64,000 nt of DNA, from contig USFB01000001.1 in the NCBI GenBank assembly GCA_900553895.1, forward strand, positions 49,735-113,734, read 5' to 3'. Position numbers and translations under genes: made by a program. This document shows positions 18,904 to 28,622 of the stretch, in pieces (position 1 is the first letter of the stretch; each line of letters opens with the position of its first letter). The stretch is from an uncultured bacterium. Its GTDB lineage: Bacteria; Cyanobacteriota; Vampirovibrionia; Gastranaerophilales; Gastranaerophilaceae. The notes under the pieces were generated by a model, which did no database searches, had not been told where the DNA came from, and worked only from the letters and a program-made list of their open reading frames with translations.

Positions 18904-20196
18904 ATGAACACAACTATTGAAAAACAACCTGAAAATGTAGTTAAGGTTGATATTGAAATCCCTGCTAAAGATGCAGTAAACTACTACAACGATGCAGCTA
19001 AAAGATTAGCTCAATATGTTAATATTCCCGGCTTCCGTAAAGGTAAAGCACCAAGAAATATTGTTGAACAAAATATAGGTGAAGAAAGAATTAAACACGA
19101 AGCTTTAGAAAATGCGCTTCCAAAAATTTTCTCACAAGTTATTAAAGAAAACGATTTTGACGTTGTTGCTCAACCTTATGTTGAATCTTATGATTTTAAA
19201 ATTGGTGAAGATTTAAAAATCGTTGCTAAATTAGAATTAAGACCGGAAGTTACTTTGGGTCAATACAAAGGTTTAACAATTGATGTTGATGCTTATAAAA
19301 CAGAAGAAGATGCTTTGCAAAAATCAATCGACGGACTTCTTCAACAACACGCGACAACTCTAGTAGTAACTGATAGAAAGACAAAAGACACTGATACTAT
19401 CGTATTTGACTTTGACGGTTATTCTAACGGTGAAAAAATCGAACACGGTGATGCTAAAAACTATACTTTAGATTTGGCACATTCAAGCTTTATTCCAGGT
19501 TTTGCAGAACAATTAGTTGATAGAGCTTTAGGCGAAGAATTCGAAATCAACGTAACATTCCCTGAAGAATACCACGAAAAGAAATTAGCCGGTCAACCTG
19601 CTACTTTCAAATGCAAAATCCATGAAATAAAGGCAAAAGTTCTTCCTGAATTAACTGATGAATTCGCTCAAAAAGTTGGTCCGTTTAAATCAGTTGACGA
19701 ACTAAAAGCTGATATCCAAAAATATTTAGATACTCAAAAAGCTGATATTGATAGAACTAATTCAGAAAAAGCTATTTTTGAAAAAGTGACTTCTGAAGCA
19801 AAAGTTGAAATTCAACAATCTATGATTGATAGAGAAGCAGATCAATTGGTTGCAGAATACAAACAAAAACTTGAAATGCAAGGTTTTACTTGGGATCAAG
19901 CAGTTGAGGCTCAAGGTTATGATGAAATCATGAACAGCTTAAAAGAAGATGCAGCTGTAAGAGTTAAAAACTCTTTAGTAATCGACAAGATTGCAAAAGA
20001 AGAAAATATCACAGTTTCTCAAGCTGATTTCGGTGCTAAATTATCAGAATTGAGCCAAATGTACCAAATCGACACACCAACGATGATAAAACAATTATCT
20101 CAAACTCCGGGTGTGTTTAACGCATTATCTCAACAAGCATTGAACGAAAAAGTAACTCAATTCTTGGCTGATAATAATACAGTTAATCTTAAATAA
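18904..20196 (+). CDS. tig: Trigger factor
   Basis: 430 aa with a GFRKGK ribosome-binding motif, an FKBP-like middle domain and a C-terminal arm. Confidence 0.9.
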   Translation: MNTTIEKQPENVVKVDIEIPAKDAVNYYNDAAKRLAQYVNIPGFRKGKAPRNIVEQNIGEERIKHEALENALPKIFSQVIKENDFDVVAQPYVESYDFKIGEDLKIVAKLELRPEVTLGQYKGLTIDVDAYKTEEDALQKSIDGLLQQHATTLVVTDRKTKDTDTIVFDFDGYSNGEKIEHGDAKNYTLDLAHSSFIPGFAEQLVDRALGEEFEINVTFPEEYHEKKLAGQPATFKCKIHEIKAKVLPELTDEFAQKVGPFKSVDELKADIQKYLDTQKADIDRTNSEKAIFEKVTSEAKVEIQQSMIDREADQLVAEYKQKLEMQGFTWDQAVEAQGYDEIMNSLKEDAAVRVKNSLVIDKIAKEENITVSQADFGAKLSELSQMYQIDTPTMIKQLSQTPGVFNALSQQALNEKVTQFLADNNTVNLK

Positions 20197-20208
20197 TTGA
20201 TTAGATAC

Positions 20209-20252
20209 TAAAAGAAGGAGCTTTGAAAAATTTTTCAAAGCTCCTTCTTTAT
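20209..20252. terminator. Bidirectional rho-independent terminator between tig and the pilin-like gene
   Basis: 19-bp stem aagaaggagctttgaaaaa / tttttcaaagctccttctt with AT-rich flanks on both sides. Confidence 0.65.
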
Positions 20253-20264
20253 TAATAAATTTTA

Positions 20265-21011
20265 TTACTTAGCTTTTCTAGGGTCAGCAATTTTTATAAC
20301 GCCTGTTCGTCCGGCACTGATATTATTATAGCCGGTAGAACAATCTAAATTAGCCATAGATACCTTTGCGCTTGCTCCATATACTGAACAGTATGCATCT
20401 TTATAACTGCCATACACAGGACGCTGATACTGCCAAGTTGATCTATCCATAACATTGTTACGACCAACTTTTCCATCATCAACATACGCAGCTAATAAAT
20501 CTCTACGATTTTGAATTTGGGAAAAAGCTGCATTGTCCTCATTACCTGGAATTAATTCATTTGTACTTAGAACATAATATAATTGTACATATTTTGAAGT
20601 TCCAGAACTAGTTGGAACATTCATCCAAATTGCAAGAAAATTACCAGGATATGGATATAAATAATATGTAATTCCATTTGCTGCACTAATTTGATATCCA
20701 ACCGCAGCCTTCCAGGTAACATCACTCTCTTCAACATTAAAACATTTTGCAAAGTGTTTTACTAACGTAGGAATTACTGAATGGTCAATCTCTCCATCAG
20801 CACCATTTGTTTGCGTCATAGAAGCATCACCAGCTGCAACTGCATCAGCAATTGCATTATACGCATTTACATACCCCGTATAATAAAACAAATTATACGC
20901 TTTTTCTGTACCCTTTTTTGTAATTGTCATCCCCATCGCAGAGACAATACCAATAATTGCAATACATAAAAGTAATTCTGCCATAGTGAAACCTAATTTA
21001 GACAATTTCAT
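20265..21011 (-). CDS. Type IV pilin-like / pseudopilin protein (prepilin N-terminal cleavage-methylation domain)
   Basis: N-terminus MKLSKLGFTMAELLLCIAIIGIVSAMGM, matching the class III signal G-F-T-x-x-E plus hydrophobic helix. Confidence 0.65.
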   Translation of the reverse strand: MKLSKLGFTMAELLLCIAIIGIVSAMGMTITKKGTEKAYNLFYYTGYVNAYNAIADAVAAGDASMTQTNGADGEIDHSVIPTLVKHFAKCFNVEESDVTWKAAVGYQISAANGITYYLYPYPGNFLAIWMNVPTSSGTSKYVQLYYVLSTNELIPGNEDNAAFSQIQNRRDLLAAYVDDGKVGRNNVMDRSTWQYQRPVYGSYKDAYCSVYGASAKVSMANLDCSTGYNNISAGRTGVIKIADPRKAK

Positions 21012-21013
21012 AC

Positions 21014-21958
21014 TTATAAAATCTCCGTCAATTCATCGTATGTATTTATTATATCACATGTATTCAAGAAATTCATTGGTGTTACATCTAAAACTGTTTG
21101 ATTTTCTTTTACAGCATAAACTTTAATACCTCTTTTTGCGGCTTCGAGAACCGGAATTCCGCCAATGGAATTGTATGGAACAACGACAAAATCTAAATTT
21201 TCTACGCTTAGACCAGTTTTAGTTAATTTTGGAGCCTGGTTTAAGCCTATCAAAATGCAAGGCAAAAAAGTTGGTGTAATATATTCCGCCGAACATCTTT
21301 TATCTACAATATCAGTTTCAACTTGAATATTATCAAAAGCAGGTGCATGCGCACAAGGTATTAAGAATTCTTTAGAAATATAATGAGATATAATAGCTTC
21401 AACTCCACCAACAGGGTCTACGCCAACACCATTAGCGTAATCGTCACCTTGTTCATCAGGAAAACGGCAGACAATCGCAATTGCTTCCGCCCCTCTTTCT
21501 ATAAGTTTTTCTGCAGCTTTTTTTAGAGTTAAAAGATTTTTAACATTACCCATTGAAACGCCTGTAGAATCAACAAAAAAATCAACTCCGACTTCTTCTT
21601 CCGTTATTTCATAGCCCATAATATTTAAGCCATAAACTACTTCAACTGCGTTCATTGTATTTATGTGAACATTCAAAACTTCCGGCTTTATAGCTTTATC
21701 AAAGATTATCCCGATTTTATTGTTATTAGAATGTTCAAGACAAGTTTCACCTTTAAAAAATCTATCCAGTGAATAACCTTCTACATAAAGCATATTTTCA
21801 TTAATCCCTGAAAAACATGCTGCATTAACAACATTAGGATTTACAATAAGTTCACATTTCTGTGAAATTTTTCTGGCAGCACGCGAAGCATCTCCTGCAA
21901 ACCCGCCTACCGACGCTCCAACTCCAGTCGGAACTATAAATGCTCCTAGTTTTTTCAT
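21014..21958 (-). CDS. Conserved hypothetical protein (314 aa), co-operonic with the pilin-like gene
   Basis: 2-nt gap to the downstream pilin gene. Gly-rich N-terminus (PTGVGASVGGFAGDA). No family assignable from sequence alone. Confidence 0.45.
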   Translation of the reverse strand: MKKLGAFIVPTGVGASVGGFAGDASRAARKISQKCELIVNPNVVNAACFSGINENMLYVEGYSLDRFFKGETCLEHSNNNKIGIIFDKAIKPEVLNVHINTMNAVEVVYGLNIMGYEITEEEVGVDFFVDSTGVSMGNVKNLLTLKKAAEKLIERGAEAIAIVCRFPDEQGDDYANGVGVDPVGGVEAIISHYISKEFLIPCAHAPAFDNIQVETDIVDKRCSAEYITPTFLPCILIGLNQAPKLTKTGLSVENLDFVVVPYNSIGGIPVLEAAKRGIKVYAVKENQTVLDVTPMNFLNTCDIINTYDELTEIL

Positions 21959-22082
21959 AATTTCCCTTAAATTTCTACTATTATTTTGCTAAGCTGATTG
22001 CATTTTATCATAGAGCATGCTCATTTACTAGATTTTTTTTTAATAATATGATATTATAAAGCATAGTATGGGAGAGTGTTAG

Positions 22083-24185
22083 GTGAATACTGATAATTTT
22101 TTGATAGAAGAGAACGATATTGAGTTTGCTCAAAATATATGCAAAGTTATTGAAAATAGTGATATTCGTAACAGAGCCGTAGCAAACAATTTAGCATCAA
22201 AGATTGCAGAACGCTTTTTTGAAAAAGGCAGTCTTGATATTGATACAATGTCAGGATTACACAATATCGGGCACGTACTGGAAGATATCGATATTGCCGA
22301 TATTTATATAAACGGTTCTTACATTGATGTAAGGCTTTATTTTAATGATGAAGAATTAGGTGTGCCAAAAGCACATTTTGATAATAACTTGTTGCCTGCA
22401 GCATACATGTTCATAAAAATTACGCCTGATTTATCAGGTGCAACAGTTACAGGTTTTATGCAGCCGGAAGAAATTGATACATCAAATACAAAAGATGGTT
22501 TTATTATAATTGATGAAACTAAATTAGTTTCCTTCTATGATATTGAACCTTTATTAATAACCAAAGAAGATCCGTTTAACATTAATGAAGCTGACATTTT
22601 CGCTTATTTAGAAAATAATATTGCGAACAAAAATGCATTTTACAAATCATTAATTGCTTCAAAAGACGGCAGATTGAGATTAGCAAAAGCTAATAAGGCA
22701 CAATATGCATTTAATTTTATTTCAATAAATAACGATACTCAAAATGTAGCCGAAACATTAGATAATGGAATTATTTCTGATGAGCTTCTGCCTGATGAAT
22801 CGATTACTGATGATTTCGCAGATTTGGGTGATGAAACATTAGATTTAGAACCGACTGATGATATTGCTGACTTAGGTGATGAAACTTTGGATTTAGAAGC
22901 AACAGATGAGTTTACAGACTTAAGTCCAGAAACATTAGATTTAGAGCCAACCGATGATGCAACGCAGTTGGAAGAAACTGATGCCATTTCAGATGATATT
23001 AATGACGGTTTATCTTCTTCATTAGACACAGTAGACGACTTAGAACCGATTCAAACAGCGGATTTAGATATAATAGATGAATTTAATTTAGATTCAGAAG
23101 ATAACTCACTAGAAGAAACTCCTGCGGAAGGCACAGCTTCTTCAAATGATGAAATTTCGGAATTAAATCTTGATGTTGAAGAAAATAATACAGAAGAAAC
23201 TAAAGATAATATTCAAGATAGTAGTTTTGAATTTTCAACAGTAACATCTCCAAGCTTAAACTCGATTGGTGACAGTTTAGACAATTTATTAAGCAACGAT
23301 GATGAAGAGAATTCTTTAAATAATATTGCTGAAGAAATTGCACCTTATCAAGAAGAAAAAACTTCTGATAAGGACGTAGCTTTTGATATTCCTGATAATG
23401 TTCACGAAACAGAATCAGCACAAGATACTCATCATGTTGAAGAACAAAATGAATACGAAATCACTGAAGAAGAGCAAACAGATAATGCAGAACAAATTGG
23501 AAATCTGTTTAATGCAGATGAAACAGTAGAAGAAACAGCAAACATGCTTGAACAGAAACCAAAACAAAAAAGTTCTATAAAATTGCTTACAATTATTGGT
23601 TTGTTGGTTGTACTTGGTGCAGTAGGATATTTTGGTTACAATCAATTCACTAATCAGACTCCGCAGGAAGAAGAAAACAGTTTAGTTGCCGATGCGGTAC
23701 AAACACCGATTAATAACCAATCTCAAGAGGAGGCAATGCCTGTTGAATCAGTCGAATCAACTCTTCCTAAAATAGCTGATGAAGAAGGAACTGCAGAAAC
23801 AATACCGGCTATAGAACAAAATTTAGACGCTTCAATTCTTGTTTCTAATTTGAAAGTAGATTGGGAAGTTCCTGCAGGTTATGTATCGAATACTGCAGCT
23901 AAGAGATATCTTGTTAAACTTGGTAAAGTAATTCAATTGAACTTGAAAACAGAATTATTACTTTTGAACAAACCGCCTATCACAAACAAAATTGCAGTTG
24001 AAATCAAGTATAACAGCGGTGCAAAGAAATTCGAAGCTGTTGGCGTTACGGTATCAAGCGGTGAAAAAACTGTTGATGATTTAATCATGCAAACCGTAAA
24101 CAGAGCTTTAGCTATGAAATTAAGCGCAAATACGGATTCATTTAATAATATTCAGGGTAATCCTGTTTTAATCATACATTTATAA
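22083..24185 (+). CDS. Acidic tandem-repeat membrane protein with a TonB_C-like C-terminal domain
   Basis: 700 aa. N-terminal ~190 aa globular region. D/E-rich region with 17-aa repeats D(I/F)ADLGDETLDLEPTDD. Single TM helix (LLTIIGLLVVLGAVGYFGY). The C-terminal ~130 aa resembles a TonB/TolA C-domain (IAVEIKYNSGAKKFEAVGVTVSSGEKTVDDLIMQTVNRAL). Confidence 0.55.
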   Translation: MNTDNFLIEENDIEFAQNICKVIENSDIRNRAVANNLASKIAERFFEKGSLDIDTMSGLHNIGHVLEDIDIADIYINGSYIDVRLYFNDEELGVPKAHFDNNLLPAAYMFIKITPDLSGATVTGFMQPEEIDTSNTKDGFIIIDETKLVSFYDIEPLLITKEDPFNINEADIFAYLENNIANKNAFYKSLIASKDGRLRLAKANKAQYAFNFISINNDTQNVAETLDNGIISDELLPDESITDDFADLGDETLDLEPTDDIADLGDETLDLEATDEFTDLSPETLDLEPTDDATQLEETDAISDDINDGLSSSLDTVDDLEPIQTADLDIIDEFNLDSEDNSLEETPAEGTASSNDEISELNLDVEENNTEETKDNIQDSSFEFSTVTSPSLNSIGDSLDNLLSNDDEENSLNNIAEEIAPYQEEKTSDKDVAFDIPDNVHETESAQDTHHVEEQNEYEITEEEQTDNAEQIGNLFNADETVEETANMLEQKPKQKSSIKLLTIIGLLVVLGAVGYFGYNQFTNQTPQEEENSLVADAVQTPINNQSQEEAMPVESVESTLPKIADEEGTAETIPAIEQNLDASILVSNLKVDWEVPAGYVSNTAAKRYLVKLGKVIQLNLKTELLLLNKPPITNKIAVEIKYNSGAKKFEAVGVTVSSGEKTVDDLIMQTVNRALAMKLSANTDSFNNIQGNPVLIIHL
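22808..22975 (+). repeat. About 3.3 tandem copies of a 51-nt coding repeat
   Basis: The unit gatattgctgacttaggtgatgaaactttggatttagaaccgactgatgat recurs in frame. Confidence 0.6.
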
Positions 24186-24200
24186 AATAAAGAGAGCGAT

Positions 24201-25607
24201 ATGGAAAAAACTAACAAATACTATGGTGTAATAGAAGATTTAGTAAAACAAAACAGAAAATATCAAGGCTTAGAGCCAATTTTAGATGATATTATCGATG
24301 ATGTTTACTCTCATTCAGAAGTTATCATTAATTCAATCAACAATGATAGCGTTATTCAATCGTATTTAGCAAAAGTTGTTTCGACATCTGTCATTACTGT
24401 TCCTAAACGATTAGGATTTCAACCGGAAGTTCAACGGAAAACAGTTGACGCTCAACAGGTATTAGAAAATGTTGTTCATAAACAAGAAAAAGCTGTTAAT
24501 ACAGTGCTTGTTGATAAAATGATTAATAATATCGCATTTGATGATAAAGAAGAAGAACCATCACTAGAGGAAAGTTTATCTCTTGAAGAACTTGAAGTTT
24601 CAGAACTAGAAACTCCTGAAACAACTATTGAAACAGCTTCTGAAACGGTTAATGAAAATAAAGATTTACTGATTTCTAATGATGATAAATTGGAAATAGA
24701 AACACCTAATATTGATACACAAGATGAAATTTCGTTTTCTGACAATGAGTTAAACGTTCTTATTGGAGAAAACGACAATGAAATTTCAGACATTGACGCT
24801 CAAACTGAGATAGTAAATGAAACTACTGAATCAACTGAGCCTGAAACAATTAAAGAATCGGAACAAGTTTCTTTAGAACTAAATGATTTAGATGAAATTT
24901 CAGAAGAGGAAGAAACTCAACACGATAAAACAGACGAAATCCAAACTTCAGAAGAAGTTGACTCTATAGAATTAGAGCCCGTATTGGCTGATGATTCAAC
25001 ACTTGAAATATCAGATGAACCATTATTACAAAACGACGAAATAGAAACTCATGAAGAGGAAACATTAGAACTTCATCAAGATGACTCTACGAACTTTAAT
25101 TCTTTGGATATTGAAGATTTAAATCCCGTTGAAGAAGATTCTGATACGTTTGAAACTAAAGACTTAGAAATTCTAAATTCAGACGACACATCAGATGTCA
25201 CATTAGATATACAAGATGATGATAATATAGAGCAATTAGAAACTTCTACTGCTGATGATAGTCCTCTGGATGTGATCAGCAATAACGGTTTAAATCAAAT
25301 TGCCGATGTAATTACAACAACATTAGAATATCCGGGAAATACTTCTTCTGAAAATACAGATTTCAAGCCAACTGATTATTCAGTATTTAGCTATTCAACA
25401 GACAAATACAAGGATGATATTGACGCAGAAGAAATTGTTAATGAAATAAAAGATTTGGCATCAAAACATCCTGAATTGAATATAATTAATGTATATAATT
25501 TGAAATTCAAGGACAAACTTACAATTCCTCAAGTAGCATCTGAGCTTAATATGAGTGAAGATAATGTAATTGAAGCTTTGAATGAGTTGGTAGCTATTGT
25601 ACAATAA
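24201..25607 (+). CDS. Highly acidic protein with C-terminal helix-turn-helix-like segment
   Basis: 468 aa with a D/E/S/T-rich middle. The C-terminus KLTIPQVASELNMSEDNVIEALNELVAIV resembles a sigma region-4 / HTH. 15-nt gap from the upstream gene. Confidence 0.5.
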   Translation: MEKTNKYYGVIEDLVKQNRKYQGLEPILDDIIDDVYSHSEVIINSINNDSVIQSYLAKVVSTSVITVPKRLGFQPEVQRKTVDAQQVLENVVHKQEKAVNTVLVDKMINNIAFDDKEEEPSLEESLSLEELEVSELETPETTIETASETVNENKDLLISNDDKLEIETPNIDTQDEISFSDNELNVLIGENDNEISDIDAQTEIVNETTESTEPETIKESEQVSLELNDLDEISEEEETQHDKTDEIQTSEEVDSIELEPVLADDSTLEISDEPLLQNDEIETHEEETLELHQDDSTNFNSLDIEDLNPVEEDSDTFETKDLEILNSDDTSDVTLDIQDDDNIEQLETSTADDSPLDVISNNGLNQIADVITTTLEYPGNTSSENTDFKPTDYSVFSYSTDKYKDDIDAEEIVNEIKDLASKHPELNIINVYNLKFKDKLTIPQVASELNMSEDNVIEALNELVAIVQ

Positions 25608-25615
25608 GGAAGCTT

Positions 25616-28564
25616 ATGCAGTGTCCCAAATGTAAAAATGAAATAGAAGATAATTCTTTGAAATGCAAATTTTGCGGAACAAAGATTGCTTCTGTGTGCA
25701 AAGATTGTGGGACTATAAATCCGATTACAGCAAAAGAATGTTCTAATTGTCATAAGGTATTGCTTAAAATTTGTACAGAATGTGGTGCTGCAAATCTTCC
25801 GGAAGCGAAAGCTTGTAGAAAATGCAGAATGGAATTTGTTATCCCGCAAAAGAAATTCAATCCAAAACCAGAATACAGTGCAGAAATGAATTCTCAACAA
25901 AAGGTTAAAGCAAGGCTTTTGGATTCTATCAAAGATGCTGATAAAACTATTATTACTTTGAATGGTGAAAGCGGTATTGGTAAGGATTTAGTTTTAAGAT
26001 ATACGATAAATGAGCTTAAAAATGCTAAACTACTTTGGTTATGGGGAACTTGTACACAAGTGACTCAACTTTCTCCGTTTGGTTATTTTCAAGATTTATT
26101 GCTAACATTTTTCAATGTAAATAATTTTTGTCCTGATACATTACAACTCAAAAAAAATTCTGTTAAATTTTTCAAGCAGGATTTTCCGACACTTTCAAAT
26201 GCAGAAATTTTAGATTTGTTGAACTTTTTATATCCTGAAAATTTGGATAAATACGAGAATATTTATTTTAATAAAGCAAAAATGTTCAATATAATGAAAA
26301 AAGTTTTGCTAACAATTATTGAAAAAATTAAAGCCGTTTTTGTTATTGATGATTTTGAAAATATTGATGGCATGTCTTTTGATTTTCTAAAAGAAATTTT
26401 AAAAGATGATTATTTTTTAGAAAGATGCAAATTTATTTTAATTTCTAAAATCATAAAACCGGGCATGGGTTGTATAACGTCACCTAAACTTACGGAAGAA
26501 AATTATGTTGATTTAACGATTGCGCCATTTACAAAAAGTCAGGTAGAAATTTTAGTAAAACAATATAGTGACTTAGAAATCGGTGATGATTTTGTAAATT
26601 TGGCACTAAATATTTCAGGCGGAAATCCTTCTATTGTAGAACAAATGGTGCTTTTGTATAAAGATATCAGAAGAAACGGCTTAAAGCATATTACATATAA
26701 ATCTTTAGAAACAATTCTTGATGCAAGACTCGGTATTCTTAAACAAGAAGATTTGCCATCATACAGAATCCTTGTTGCAATGTCTGTTTTGGGTTCAAAG
26801 TTCTATCCTGCAATGCTTGAGCATTTTGATAATAATTCTGAAAAAGAATTTGAACGCATAATTGAAAATCTTGTTCAACGAGGATATATAAATCAAATTA
26901 ACAATCTTTCTTTTGAATTCAAGAGCAACGAAATTTGGAAAAATATTGTTTCTGTTGTTAAAAATGATGATTGTTTTTATGAAGTTTTGAATATTTTATA
27001 TGAAACTCTAAGTATTTATAAACAATCTTCAATCGCACTATTAGGCTATATCGTACAAAAACTTAATAATGATGACCAAGCTCTTACAGTTTGGACGCTT
27101 TTGATGAAACAAGCATCTTATATCGGCGATATCGGACTTTATATTATTACCCAAAAACAAGCATTGAAACTTGTTGAAGATAAACATGGCGCATTTTATC
27201 AGAAAATTAAAAAGAATATTTATACAAGAGTCGGTAAATTACTCGAACCAATCGACCACAAATCAGCTTTTGAATATTTACAAAATGCAGTAATGATGCT
27301 TGACGATAATGAAGAATTTGAACATATTGAGCTTTTGGGTTATTTAGCATCATCTTCGATGAAGAGCGGTAACTATTGGGGTGCAATTGAGTGCGCAGAC
27401 AGCGTTTTGAATAAAGTTCCAGAAACAATGGAGTTAGAGCGCACGCTTGTTAAATCGCGTCAAGTTCGTCCAATGCTAAAACTTGGTAATTATGGTCAAG
27501 TTATTAATCTTATTGACACTGAAATAATGCCTGTTTTTGAAAAATATTTGGCTAAAGGAAGAAATACTCAAATTATCACATTAAAAGAATTGTATTTAAC
27601 TTGGATAGGTGTTTATTTTGATTTTGCAGAAGCTTTGACATTCCAAGGCGATGGAAGAATGTTTGAGATTATCAAGTTGATTTTTGATATAATAGAACGC
27701 AATCAAATTAAAGAACCTGCAATATTATGCAAAGCTCATTTGGCTCTAGCTTTAGCAAATACGATAAAAGGTGATATTAAGACTTCCGAAAAAATTCTGG
27801 ATGATATTTTGAAAGAATATCCGCTTGATAGTATGGACTCGTTTATTGTTTCAAGATGGAATTTTGTTGATATTTCTAATAAATTTATAGCAAAAGATTA
27901 TGACAGTTTGTATACAGAGTTATTCAATGTTGTTGCTTATGCTAATAATGTAAATGACAGCTTTACAAAAAATATTCTAAAGACTCTACTTGCTAAGATG
28001 CTTACGGATAAAAACGAATCAAAAAAAGCGTTAGAGATTTTAGAAGAACAAGTTGCATATTTTGCTAAAGAAAAAGTCGCAACCGGCGTTTTGCTTTGCT
28101 GGTACTTGATAGCAGAAATCAAATTGGTTATAAGCGGAACACAGTTTGCGCTTGATATTGCAAATAAAGCTTTAGACATTGCACAAGGCCCTAATATTAA
28201 TAACTACTATTTTATAGCCTTGTTTAATAAACTTATTGGCGAAATTTATATGGCTAAACAGGATTTTGACTCTGCTAAGGTTTATTTAGAAAAATCAATT
28301 TTTGTTGCAAAACAATTTAACTTGCTTACAATTTTGGTTAAAGATTATATTCAGTACGCTAAATTTTATCAAGAATTGGCATTACCAAAATCTACATTGA
28401 GAGCAAATTATATCAAACAATCGTTGAAAATGTTCCAAATGGCTAAAAATGTAAGTATTGTAGCTGAACATCCGCATTTACAGAAACTTATAAAAGAAGA
28501 ATTGTCCATTTTGACTTCGTTCTGTAAATTAAATGGTATAATACTTAAAAAAGGTACAAAATAA
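25616..28564 (+). CDS. Triple zinc-ribbon + AAA_16-like P-loop NTPase + TPR-like helical repeats (STAND-type signalling NTPase)
   Basis: N-terminal CPKC..CKFC, CKDC..CSNC and CTEC..CRKC ribbons. Walker A LNGESGIGKD and Walker B VFVIDDFENID. The C-terminal ~600 aa is alpha-helical and TPR-like. 8-nt gap from the upstream gene. Confidence 0.65.
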   Translation: MQCPKCKNEIEDNSLKCKFCGTKIASVCKDCGTINPITAKECSNCHKVLLKICTECGAANLPEAKACRKCRMEFVIPQKKFNPKPEYSAEMNSQQKVKARLLDSIKDADKTIITLNGESGIGKDLVLRYTINELKNAKLLWLWGTCTQVTQLSPFGYFQDLLLTFFNVNNFCPDTLQLKKNSVKFFKQDFPTLSNAEILDLLNFLYPENLDKYENIYFNKAKMFNIMKKVLLTIIEKIKAVFVIDDFENIDGMSFDFLKEILKDDYFLERCKFILISKIIKPGMGCITSPKLTEENYVDLTIAPFTKSQVEILVKQYSDLEIGDDFVNLALNISGGNPSIVEQMVLLYKDIRRNGLKHITYKSLETILDARLGILKQEDLPSYRILVAMSVLGSKFYPAMLEHFDNNSEKEFERIIENLVQRGYINQINNLSFEFKSNEIWKNIVSVVKNDDCFYEVLNILYETLSIYKQSSIALLGYIVQKLNNDDQALTVWTLLMKQASYIGDIGLYIITQKQALKLVEDKHGAFYQKIKKNIYTRVGKLLEPIDHKSAFEYLQNAVMMLDDNEEFEHIELLGYLASSSMKSGNYWGAIECADSVLNKVPETMELERTLVKSRQVRPMLKLGNYGQVINLIDTEIMPVFEKYLAKGRNTQIITLKELYLTWIGVYFDFAEALTFQGDGRMFEIIKLIFDIIERNQIKEPAILCKAHLALALANTIKGDIKTSEKILDDILKEYPLDSMDSFIVSRWNFVDISNKFIAKDYDSLYTELFNVVAYANNVNDSFTKNILKTLLAKMLTDKNESKKALEILEEQVAYFAKEKVATGVLLCWYLIAEIKLVISGTQFALDIANKALDIAQGPNINNYYFIALFNKLIGEIYMAKQDFDSAKVYLEKSIFVAKQFNLLTILVKDYIQYAKFYQELALPKSTLRANYIKQSLKMFQMAKNVSIVAEHPHLQKLIKEELSILTSFCKLNGIILKKGTK

Positions 28565-28565
28565 A

Positions 28566-28603
28566 AAAGAGTTGATAAACTGAACAGAAACCAACTCTTT
28601 TTT
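28566..28603. terminator. Bidirectional terminator between the convergent STAND NTPase and SNF2 genes
   Basis: aagagttg...caactctt followed by ttttattt. Confidence 0.6.
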
Positions 28604-28622
28604 ATTTATTAAAAATACTCGA

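Noticed and set aside
22790-23000. Periodic direct repeats that could be mistaken for a CRISPR array.
   Set aside because: The repeats are in-frame coding units of the acidic protein gene. There are no spacer-like unique sequences and no cas genes.
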